A program made the translations under genes and the position numbers. Shown in pieces: positions 39,672-48,562 of a stretch of 64,000 nt of DNA; within the stretch, counting starts at the first letter, position 1, and each line of letters begins with the position of its first letter. The notes below the pieces were generated by a model, which worked only from the letters and a program-made list of their open reading frames with translations, was not told where the DNA came from and made no database searches. Source of the stretch: an uncultured Duncaniella sp. (GTDB lineage: Bacteria; Bacteroidota; Bacteroidia; Bacteroidales; Muribaculaceae); the NCBI GenBank assembly GCA_910587515.1, contig CAJULW010000028.1:3544-67543 (forward strand), given 5' to 3'.

Positions 39672-42600
39672 ATGAGTAAACTGATTTTGCGAAAACATTT
39701 ATCTCTTCGCCTTTGCGAGGCAGTGATGATATGTCTGTTACTGCTCCCCGCTTTCCCGCTCAATGCCGCCACGGGTCCTAAGATCAATGTCTCGGGAACT
39801 GTGACGTCTGAATCCGACAGCGAACCGCTGATCGGTGTGAGCGTTCGAATCAAAGGTACGAAAGAAGGTGTCGCCACTGATATAGATGGTCGCTACACCC
39901 TCAAGGCATCTAAAGGTGATGTTCTGATTTTTTCTTATATCGGCTACACTACAACCGAAGTAAAGGTAGACAAAAATGTCATAGATGTCGTCTTGAAGGA
40001 CGACAATCTGAAACTTGACGACGTGGTTGTGGTCGGTTACGGTTCTATGAAACGTAGCGACCTCACCGGTTCAGTGGTCTCGGTGACAGCCGAGGATATG
40101 AAAAAGAGTATCAATACATCGCTCGACCAGGCTTTGCAGGGACGCGCTGCAGGTGTGAACGTCACCTCCAATACAGGTGCTCCCGGTGGCGGTATTTCTG
40201 TCAGCATCCGCGGTGTAAACTCTTTCGAAGGTAACGAGCCTCTTTATGTGGTCGACGGTATACCCATCTCCGGACAGTCCGACAAGAATGCTACGACAAG
40301 TGCGCTTTCGTCGATCAACCCCGGTGACATTATTTCGATGGAAGTCCTGAAGGACGCGTCAGCTACCGCCATCTACGGTACACGTGCGGCCAACGGTGTG
40401 ATCCTTATCACCACCCGTCAGGGACAGGCCGGCAAGACAAAAATCACGTATGAAGGTTACTATGGCATTCAGGAACTTCCTGGGCAGCTCGATGTGCTCA
40501 ATCTGCGGGAATATGCTGTTTATCAGAATCTTCGTGCCGAAGTCATCGGTTTTGGCGCACGCGAGGAATTCAAGGACCCGTCGCTTCTCGGCAATGGTAC
40601 GAATTGGCAGAAAGAAATTTTCCGTACAGCACCGATGCACAGCCATCAGCTTAGCATCAGCGGAGGTAATGAAAAACATCAATATGCCATCATGGGTGGT
40701 TTCATCGATCAGGACGGTATCGGTATCGGCTCTAACTTCGAGCGTTACTCGCTTCGTCTCAACATTAATTCCGAACTTCGCAAGTGGCTCAAGGTAGGAG
40801 TCAACGCGTATGTCGCACGTCGCACGCAGCGCAACACTTTCGATGAAGGAAGTGTCATCGAGACTGCTGTCCGTCAGTTGCCGGAGGTTCCTGTTAGGAA
40901 TGCGGATGGTTCTTGGGGCGTACAGGATGAAAACATGTATGGGACATATTTCTCCAATCCTGTAGCAGACGCTCTTTCGCGTGAAAACAGTAATAAGGGC
41001 ACTGACATACAGGTGCGTGGCTTTGCCGATTTTACTATTCTCAAAGGTCTTACATTACGTGTAGAAGGTTCTACCAACATCAACTATTATAATACCTATT
41101 ATTATTGTCCTGTGCTTGAACTTGGTTATTTCACCCAGTCTTCCGAATCGAGAAGATCATCAAGCAACAATATGGACAATAACCTTACCGCCTATCTGAC
41201 ATACGACCGTCAGTTCGGGAAGCATCATATAACGGCTATGGCCGGTCATGAAGCCCGTGAAACCGAATATGAATATCTTTATGGCAGCCGCACCGGTTAC
41301 ATCTTTAACAATGTTCCTGAACTTGGTGTGGGCGACGCCAAGACAGCTAAGAACAATAGCTCTTGCAGTTCGTCTGCGATCGAATCATGGTACGGACGTA
41401 TCAATTATAATTTTGACAATCGCTATCTTCTTACCGCCACTGTCCGTCGTGACGGTTCCAGTTCATTCTCGGAAAACAACCGTTGGGCAACTTTCCCATC
41501 GCTTGCCCTCGCATGGCGTGTCAACCAGGAAAATTTCTTGAAGGATGTGAGCGTGATCAACAATCTCAAACTTCGTCTTGGATGGGGTATCGTCGGCAAT
41601 CAGTCGGTATGGCAGCAATACGCCTATGGTATAACCATGACATCGTCAGCTACCGGTATAGGGCAAGGTTATTATCCCGGCAATTTCAGCAACCCTGATC
41701 TTAAATGGGAGAAAACGCGTTCTTACAATGCCGGTATTGACCTCGGTCTTTTTGGCAACCGTATCGAATTTATCGCTGATGTTTATAAAAAGGATATTGA
41801 CAACATCCTCATGCCGGCTGCATTGCCGTCATATATAGCCGGTGTGATCCAGTCGCCATGGGTAAATGCCGGATCGATGACCAATAAGGGTATTGAATTG
41901 ACTTTGAACACAGTCAACATCTCTAACCGTGATTTCCAATGGACATCCGGACTGACTTTCTCGATCAACCGTAACAAAGTGACCGATCTCTATACCAAGT
42001 CTTCCGCCCTTGTCGGTGAAATAAACCAGACCCCCTATACTTATACTCAGGTAGGTCAGCCTGTAGGCCAACTTTATGGTTATAAGGTCATAGGAATGTT
42101 TAAAGATGAGAGTGATTTCTATCAGAAAGACCGTTTTGGGAATAATATCCTTGATGAAAACGGTGAACGCATCCCTGTTGCTCTTCCCGTAGGAAAAAGC
42201 ATAGGTCGTAATGAGGTTTGGGTAGGCGACTATATGTTCTATGACAAGGACGGTAATGGCGTCATTGACGAGAAGGACCGTGAATACATAGGCAATCCGG
42301 AACCCAAATTCACTTTTGGCTTCTCGAATAATTTCTATTACAAGGGATTTGATATGAATGTCTTCCTCACAGGAGTTTACGGAAACAAGATTTACAATAT
42401 GCTCCGCGAGAAGTATACAAACCCCATGAGTAATTCTGGCCTTCTCAAAGAAGCCACACGTATCGCTGTGGTAGGGATGAGAGATCCGAATGGTTCGCCC
42501 GACGACATCCGCAACGCTATAATCATGAATCCGGATGCGTCCGTACAGAGAATCAATACGGCTGACGCTAACAACAACAACCGTGTCAGCAATCGTTTTG

Positions 42601-42848
42601 TGGAAGATGGCTCCTATTTGCGCATAAAGAACATATCTCTTGGCTATTCACTTCCCAAAAGCCTTTTGTCCAAGTGGCAGATTGAAGCATTGCGTCTGTA
42701 TGTGAATATACAGAACCTGCATACGTTCACCGATTACTCCGGTTACGATCCGGAAGTGGGTTCTTACAATGTGCTTATGCGCAACATCGATAATGCGCGT
42801 TATCCGTCACAGCGTATCTACACTTTCGGTTTGAATCTTTCATTCTAA
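39672..42848 (+). CDS. SusC-like TonB-dependent transporter
   Basis: VVVVGYG, DLTGSV, PLYVVDG, LKDASATAIYGTRAANGVILITT, LKWEKT, VEDGSYLR and terminal F. Confidence 0.97.
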   Translation: MSKLILRKHLSLRLCEAVMICLLLLPAFPLNAATGPKINVSGTVTSESDSEPLIGVSVRIKGTKEGVATDIDGRYTLKASKGDVLIFSYIGYTTTEVKVDKNVIDVVLKDDNLKLDDVVVVGYGSMKRSDLTGSVVSVTAEDMKKSINTSLDQALQGRAAGVNVTSNTGAPGGGISVSIRGVNSFEGNEPLYVVDGIPISGQSDKNATTSALSSINPGDIISMEVLKDASATAIYGTRAANGVILITTRQGQAGKTKITYEGYYGIQELPGQLDVLNLREYAVYQNLRAEVIGFGAREEFKDPSLLGNGTNWQKEIFRTAPMHSHQLSISGGNEKHQYAIMGGFIDQDGIGIGSNFERYSLRLNINSELRKWLKVGVNAYVARRTQRNTFDEGSVIETAVRQLPEVPVRNADGSWGVQDENMYGTYFSNPVADALSRENSNKGTDIQVRGFADFTILKGLTLRVEGSTNINYYNTYYYCPVLELGYFTQSSESRRSSSNNMDNNLTAYLTYDRQFGKHHITAMAGHEARETEYEYLYGSRTGYIFNNVPELGVGDAKTAKNNSSCSSSAIESWYGRINYNFDNRYLLTATVRRDGSSSFSENNRWATFPSLALAWRVNQENFLKDVSVINNLKLRLGWGIVGNQSVWQQYAYGITMTSSATGIGQGYYPGNFSNPDLKWEKTRSYNAGIDLGLFGNRIEFIADVYKKDIDNILMPAALPSYIAGVIQSPWVNAGSMTNKGIELTLNTVNISNRDFQWTSGLTFSINRNKVTDLYTKSSALVGEINQTPYTYTQVGQPVGQLYGYKVIGMFKDESDFYQKDRFGNNILDENGERIPVALPVGKSIGRNEVWVGDYMFYDKDGNGVIDEKDREYIGNPEPKFTFGFSNNFYYKGFDMNVFLTGVYGNKIYNMLREKYTNPMSNSGLLKEATRIAVVGMRDPNGSPDDIRNAIIMNPDASVQRINTADANNNNRVSNRFVEDGSYLRIKNISLGYSLPKSLLSKWQIEALRLYVNIQNLHTFTDYSGYDPEVGSYNVLMRNIDNARYPSQRIYTFGLNLSF

Positions 42849-42864
42849 TCAATCCTGAAAAATC

Positions 42865-44466
42865 ATGAAAAAAACATTATACAGTCTACTGCTTTCAGCT
42901 TTGGCCTTGTCATCGCTGAATTCGTGCGGTGACGATTTCCTCGACAAGACCCCAAAGGATAGTTACACCGCTGATAATTTTTATAACGACCCTGCCGCGT
43001 TGAAAACTGCGACAGCGCCTCTTTATTGCCGCGCTTGGTTCGATTATAGCAACCGTACCGCTCTCGCCTTGGGTTCTTGTCGTGCCAATGACGGTTATGG
43101 ACAGTGGTTTCTTCCGGAATACTCATTGTTTACTGCGACAGCTCTTCATGAAGAAGTAGCTAATGCCTGGAAAGGATGTTATTCCGTTGTTTCCATGGCG
43201 AATGAAACAATAAAAGCGATAGAAGAAAAAACGAAAGGCGTTAGCGAGGCTCAGAAAAACGCTGCGATTGCCGAATGCCGTTTGATGAGAGGTCTGGCCT
43301 ATTTCTATCTTGTCAGACTATGGGGTTCAGTGATCCTTTATGAGGATAATACCGTGGTGGTAAAAAATCCAGTTCAGCCGCGCCACAAAGAAGAGGATGT
43401 GTTGAAGTTCATTATCCGAGACTTTGAATATGCCAGCAAATGGCTTCCGGAGAATGCCGAGAAGGGACGTGCCTCAAGTTGGGCGGCGAAAGGTCTGCTT
43501 GCGAAGGCTTATCTTGCACGTTCCGGTTGGAATAACGGTGGTGTCCGTGATCAGGCTGATCTTGACAAGGCTTGCGAACTTTGCGCTGATGTCTGCAACA
43601 ACTGCGGGCTGAAGCTGTATGACTACGCGAATCTCTATAAATACAAACACAACAATAACGAAGAGTCCTTGTTGGCAGTCCAGGTTGTTCCCTTGGGCGA
43701 ATGGGGCACTCAGAATCCTCTGCTGAGTGACCTGGCTTTCTCATCAGAAGTCGTTGGTGGTGTTGGAGCCTGGGGTTCGGCCCGTGGCACGATCGATATA
43801 CTTGAGCAATATGAACCGGGCGATAAAATACGTCTGAAAGCCACGTATATGATCAATGGCGCTCATTATGATGAGTTATGTATCAAAGACGGTGGATATA
43901 CATACGAGGGAGATGAGGCTCCGTTCAAAAAAGGTGTCCCTGGAGGCCCGGACGATGATAACGACGGTTACGTCGCTATGATGAACTCACCGCTCAACAT
44001 CTATCTTCTGCGCCTTGCCGACGTATATCTTACATACGGTGAAGCCGCGCTCGGCAACAAAGAGTCGCTTAGCGAGGGCGAAGGTCTGGAATATTTCAAC
44101 AAGGTGCGTCAACGCGCCGGTCTTCGACCCAAAAGTTCGATTTCTTTTGACGATGTGATCCGTGAACGTCGCGTTGAGTTTGCATTGGAATATTGCAACT
44201 GGTACGACATGGTGAGTTGGTATCGTTGGCAGCCGGAGAAGATGTTGGCCTATTTCAATAACCAGAAACGTGGTTGGGTAGCCAAAAAAATCAGAAGAAA
44301 CGAGAACGGTATTTTCGATTTCGGACCTGAATCCGATTGGACTAAGGTTGAGCCAGCGGTGGTCATAACCCACAACAATGTCTTCCTTCCTTATCCCGAA
44401 GTGGACGTGATACAGAACCCGCTGCTCAAGGATGAACCGCAGTCTTATAACTTTAATGAAGAATAG
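42865..44466 (+). CDS. SusD-like glycan-binding lipoprotein
   Basis: Lipobox LNSC, RGLAYFYLVRLWG, LRLADVYL and ERRVEFALE. Confidence 0.95.
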   Translation: MKKTLYSLLLSALALSSLNSCGDDFLDKTPKDSYTADNFYNDPAALKTATAPLYCRAWFDYSNRTALALGSCRANDGYGQWFLPEYSLFTATALHEEVANAWKGCYSVVSMANETIKAIEEKTKGVSEAQKNAAIAECRLMRGLAYFYLVRLWGSVILYEDNTVVVKNPVQPRHKEEDVLKFIIRDFEYASKWLPENAEKGRASSWAAKGLLAKAYLARSGWNNGGVRDQADLDKACELCADVCNNCGLKLYDYANLYKYKHNNNEESLLAVQVVPLGEWGTQNPLLSDLAFSSEVVGGVGAWGSARGTIDILEQYEPGDKIRLKATYMINGAHYDELCIKDGGYTYEGDEAPFKKGVPGGPDDDNDGYVAMMNSPLNIYLLRLADVYLTYGEAALGNKESLSEGEGLEYFNKVRQRAGLRPKSSISFDDVIRERRVEFALEYCNWYDMVSWYRWQPEKMLAYFNNQKRGWVAKKIRRNENGIFDFGPESDWTKVEPAVVITHNNVFLPYPEVDVIQNPLLKDEPQSYNFNEE

Positions 44467-44468
44467 TC

Positions 44469-45917
44469 ATGAAAGCAATGGCAAATATAAAATTTTTCCT
44501 CTTGGCATTGGTTATCCCGGTGCTGGCGGGTTTCGTGTCATCGTGCGATAACGATGACGACGGTGCTCCGGTCATACTGCAGGTCAGGACTACAGATCCT
44601 GAAAAAGCCGACAGTACCTTCGTGCAGGGTACACCAGGTCAGATGATAGTTATCGAAGGTCGTAACCTCGGTAGTGTTAAGGACATATATATCAATGACC
44701 AGAAAATATCGTTCAACCACAATTATGTGACTTCGACAAGCATTATAGTCGTTATTCCGGCCAATCTTGAACTTTCGGCCTACGATCCCTCCCTTCCTAA
44801 GGAGATCAAGGTTGTGACTTCCGGTGGCATAGCTACATACGCGTTTCATGTGCTTGCAGCCGCCCCGTCGGTTATCCGTACACAGATGTCATTCCCGGTG
44901 ATGCCAGGTGATCCAATCACGATTTTCGGCACAAACTTCTATGAATTAGAGAAAATTGTCATGGTCGGAAAGAACGGCTCGGAAATTGAGATCACTGACT
45001 ATACTTGGATTGACACTCCGACTGCCGAGGATGAGACCTCGACCATCAGATTCAACCTTCCCGCAGGAGCCGAGGATATGGGTGAGATCGTGATTACCTG
45101 TGCGGCTGCCGAAATCTCGGTTCCGTATGCTCTTACAGTTCAGCCTCCGGTCATCAAGAGTTTCAGCAGTGATATGCCTGTAGTCGGTAGCGAATTCTTC
45201 ATCACCGGTGAAAACTTCCTGAGTGTGAAGAGTGTCAGGATCTGCAATGAGATAGAAATTTCTGAAGATGATTTCCGCGTATCCGCGACCAACGACACCA
45301 TTTATATGAAACTTCCATCCGCTCCTTCGGCTGTAGGTTCTATTTCTGTGTCGGCTGCAGGTGGTGTAGGACAAAGCGATCCTACTTTCTATCCTCTCGG
45401 TAATGTTATTCTTGACTTTGACAATGTCGGAGGCTTTAGTTGGGGTGCTGATGCCGCCATGTATGAAGGTGACGGAGCCAATCCTCCTTTCATAACCACA
45501 GGCAAGGCATGCGGTGTCGTCAAGAGCAATGTAGGACAAAACTGGTGGTTCGGTGCGATATATGCTAATGCGGTATATACTAATAGCATACCTGATTCGA
45601 CGCCTACATCCGAGATACTTGTCCGTTATGAGATCTATATGACCTATCCGTTCGGCACTATCACACACAGTATTCAGATCGGTGGCGACAATTCAATGAC
45701 AAGTGGCATTGTGCCAGTGTCAGCTATTACAGGCGAGCCGGAATACGGTAAATGGATTCCTGTCGAAATGACTCTTTCGGACGTCTGCACACAGGCAACC
45801 TACGGAGAACTTAAGGCTAATAATACTTTCTATATAGTATCAGTCAACCCGCAGACAGAAGTCGTACCGAATTATGAATTCTACATTGACAATATCCGTC
45901 TGATTAAGAAAAAATGA
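44469..45917 (+). CDS. Surface glycan-binding lipoprotein (SGBP-B-like; Ig/IPT repeats plus C-terminal binding domain)
   Basis: Lipobox VSSC, three 'I.G.NL/F' Ig-like repeats, terminal IDNIRL; directly after SusD. Confidence 0.85.
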   Translation: MKAMANIKFFLLALVIPVLAGFVSSCDNDDDGAPVILQVRTTDPEKADSTFVQGTPGQMIVIEGRNLGSVKDIYINDQKISFNHNYVTSTSIIVVIPANLELSAYDPSLPKEIKVVTSGGIATYAFHVLAAAPSVIRTQMSFPVMPGDPITIFGTNFYELEKIVMVGKNGSEIEITDYTWIDTPTAEDETSTIRFNLPAGAEDMGEIVITCAAAEISVPYALTVQPPVIKSFSSDMPVVGSEFFITGENFLSVKSVRICNEIEISEDDFRVSATNDTIYMKLPSAPSAVGSISVSAAGGVGQSDPTFYPLGNVILDFDNVGGFSWGADAAMYEGDGANPPFITTGKACGVVKSNVGQNWWFGAIYANAVYTNSIPDSTPTSEILVRYEIYMTYPFGTITHSIQIGGDNSMTSGIVPVSAITGEPEYGKWIPVEMTLSDVCTQATYGELKANNTFYIVSVNPQTEVVPNYEFYIDNIRLIKKK

Positions 45918-45933
45918 TAATTGATTTGCGATA

Positions 45934-45995
45934 GGCGTATCCTCGCTTTTGTCTGAGGACTGGAAATTCCTTTCGGGGGAAAGCGGGGATGCGTT
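45934..45995 (+). other. Intercistronic stem-loop
   Basis: ggcgtatcctcgcttt / aaagcggggatgcgtt with G-U pairs on the + strand. Confidence 0.55.
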
Positions 45996-46017
45996 TATAA
46001 CACAACCATAATCAAAT

Positions 46018-47454
46018 ATGAATAAGAATAAGATTTCAATAATGCTCATCTGCCTGCTCTCGCTTATCATGGGAGCTTGTAAGGATGACAAGAACGTGTT
46101 TGTCGAAGTGCCTTCTGAATTTCTCAATCTCGACTTCGACGCCCGTCAGGATCGTAGGACAATAAAGATCGACAGTGACGGTGAATGGCGCTTGATCTCG
46201 TCGGATCCCTCATGGTGTACAACCTCGCATGAGATCGGTGAGAACGAGCAGTATGTCAACGTATATGTGACACGCAATTTTGGTTCGGAAGACCGTACTG
46301 CGACTCTTACCTTGACTGCAAGCGGAAGTGAGAAAGTCGTTATAAACGTAAAACAAAAAATGATTCCGTTGGCAGATGAGTCAGGTTGGGAGTCAGCTTT
46401 TGTCGCAAGCCGAAATATGAAAGTGGGTTGCAACCTCTACAATACCCTCGACGCGGCAGGTACTTGGTTTGATCCGGATGATATCGTTACGTGTGAGACT
46501 TGCTGGGGACAGCCGCTCGCCGATCAGGAGTGGTTCGATGCCCTTTACCGTAATGGATTCAGGTGCGTGCGTGTTCCTGTCACCTGGTGGTTGCATATGG
46601 ACGAGAATTGGAATGTCAAAGAACCGTGGATGGCACGTGTGGAAGAAGTAGTCAACTACGCTCTCAACGCTGGTCTCTACTGCATACTCAATGTCCATCA
46701 TGACACCGGTGCTAATGACGGATCTGATCCTAAAAACCAAGGTGGATGGCTGAGTGCCGATCTCGACAATATGGACGATATATCAGCTAAATTCGAGTCT
46801 CTGTGGACACAGATTGCCAACCGTTTCAACAAGTATGGAGAAAAATTGCTTTTCGAGGGCTACAATGAGATGCTTGACGCAAAGGACTCATGGGTTGAGC
46901 CGATTGCCGGTGGCTACGAGGGTATAAATATTCTCGCCCAAAAGTTCGTTGACACCGTGCGTTCGACCGGTGGCAACAATGCACACCGCAACCTTATAGT
47001 CAACACCTACGGAGCCGGTGGTAGCAAGACCCGTCTTGACAATTTTGAGATTCCAGTGGATAATGTGGGCGGACATCTACTATTGGAAGTCCACAACTAT
47101 ACACCGGCTGTATTTTCAAATCTTGAAGACAAGACTCCCGAAGAGTTTGTTGAGGAATTCGGTGAATTACCAAAGTGGACTCCGGAATATGAAGCGGTGT
47201 TGGGTGGAGAACTTGACCTCCTTATTGATTATTCCAATAAAAATAACATTCCTATCATCATCGGAGAGTGCGGTGCGCACGAAAGTATCGCTGACGAGGA
47301 GAAAGCCAAATATGGTAAGTTCATAACTTCATATCCTAAAGGCAAGGCTGACATAATAGCTGTCTATTGGGCCGGTGGTCAAATGATTGATCGCGTGACC
47401 AAAGAGAAAAACTCGCCTCTGTTTGTCGATGCCTTTATTGAAGGTGCACAGTAA
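46018..47454 (+). CDS. BACON-GH5 lipoprotein endoglucanase (GH5_4 xyloglucanase-like)
   Basis: Lipobox MGAC, BACON-like N-domain, GCNLYNTLD, VRVPVTW, ILNVHHD, FEGYNE, EVHNY and IGE. Confidence 0.9.
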   Translation: MNKNKISIMLICLLSLIMGACKDDKNVFVEVPSEFLNLDFDARQDRRTIKIDSDGEWRLISSDPSWCTTSHEIGENEQYVNVYVTRNFGSEDRTATLTLTASGSEKVVINVKQKMIPLADESGWESAFVASRNMKVGCNLYNTLDAAGTWFDPDDIVTCETCWGQPLADQEWFDALYRNGFRCVRVPVTWWLHMDENWNVKEPWMARVEEVVNYALNAGLYCILNVHHDTGANDGSDPKNQGGWLSADLDNMDDISAKFESLWTQIANRFNKYGEKLLFEGYNEMLDAKDSWVEPIAGGYEGINILAQKFVDTVRSTGGNNAHRNLIVNTYGAGGSKTRLDNFEIPVDNVGGHLLLEVHNYTPAVFSNLEDKTPEEFVEEFGELPKWTPEYEAVLGGELDLLIDYSNKNNIPIIIGECGAHESIADEEKAKYGKFITSYPKGKADIIAVYWAGGQMIDRVTKEKNSPLFVDAFIEGAQ

Positions 47455-47615
47455 ATATAATATACACGTAGCATCTTTTGATTTAGGACTTTAGTTTTTC
47501 AGGTATATATATTTATTATGACTGTTTTTAAACCTTTATCTTTTTCTTGATTTCTTCTTTATCGAATTAAGATTGTTTTAGTTTTTTTGATTAATAAACC
47601 TTTGATCAAATCTTG

Positions 47616-47655
47616 TGCCCTGTCGCTCCGATATATAGGAACGACAGGGCATTTT
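47616..47655 (+). terminator. Intrinsic terminator of the susC operon
   Basis: tgccctgtcg / cgacagggca followed by TTTT. Confidence 0.75.
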
Positions 47656-47691
47656 ATATATTAAATCAGAGCTTTTGTATGCAGATAATTC

Positions 47692-48354
47692 GGCAGGGTG
47701 GACATTTGGGATGATAAACCCCTTGCAATGAATTGTTTTTCATATCTTTGTGATATGGTTAAAAAGGGTCTCCGAAAGTTGTCAGGAGTGGCCTGAGAGG
47801 CCGCGCACAACGATATAAATGCAAGGTCGCTGGCCGCGTTTTGACGGAGGTATCCGTCGTGACAAATCCAGGGGCATTACAACTATGTGGAAGGCAAATA
47901 GAGGTTGGAAGAACTTACAATCAAGTATGGTGTCAACGGGAGGACCATTCACCGGGATCTCTAAGACATGCGTTATGTTCGCAAGATCGAAATAATATAA
48001 TGATGTAGTCAACGAGAGAGTGCGTGATAACAGAATGACTCGCAAGACGCCCATGTATGAGACCGAAGTTTCGCAGCGCATACTTAAGCCTTAAATGCAA
48101 CCTGCCGTTATTGTGGACTTTCTACGATTATCCTGAAACCTGTCTTCCAAATACCAACAACGCTCTTGAGCGATTATTTGCCGACCTCAAGGCAAGGGTC
48201 GGGGTATAACACTGAGGAATCAGCAGTGGGCACATAGAAAGAAACTGTTGGATGAATATATTAAAAGGAATTATTGATTTACGCCATTCATCACCATAAA
48301 TGTCTACATGGAACTTTTTTATGATAAATTATCACTCCAAATGTCCTCCCCGCT
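47692..48354 (+). mobile_element. Internally deleted, degenerate IS256-like element
   Basis: Imperfect terminal IRs GGCAGGGTGGACATTTGGGATGATAA vs AGCGGGGAGGACATTTGGAGTGATAA (rc); 8-bp flanks gataattc/gataattt; broken transposase fragments QRYKCK and RSAYLSLK..LWTFYDYP..PNTNNALERLFADLK. Confidence 0.8.
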
Positions 48355-48439
48355 GATAATTTCGAATTACCGGAGGCTTTCATAATCAAGTAAAGACTTC
48401 CGGTGAATATATGTATTATTATAACAGGCCTCTGTTAAA

Positions 48440-48474
48440 TGGAAAGAGTCCGGTACAATATCGGACTCTTTCCA
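48440..48474 (-). terminator. Hairpin downstream of GH31
   Basis: tggaaagagtccg / cggactctttcca; a second hairpin lies near 48369-48404. Confidence 0.6.
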
Positions 48475-48562
48475 AAATCGGATAGTGTTTAAGCAGTCCG
48501 ACTTTTTTTGTGTACTTCAATTCTGATGCAGCTCGTGTTCGAATGGCATCCAATTAAAAATT

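Noticed and set aside
47782..48081. 99-aa minus-strand ORF
   Set aside because: Antisense to the transposase remnant
48537..48545. gttcgaat as a duplicated tRNA-Gln end (attR)
   Set aside because: Only about 8 nt match, expected by chance
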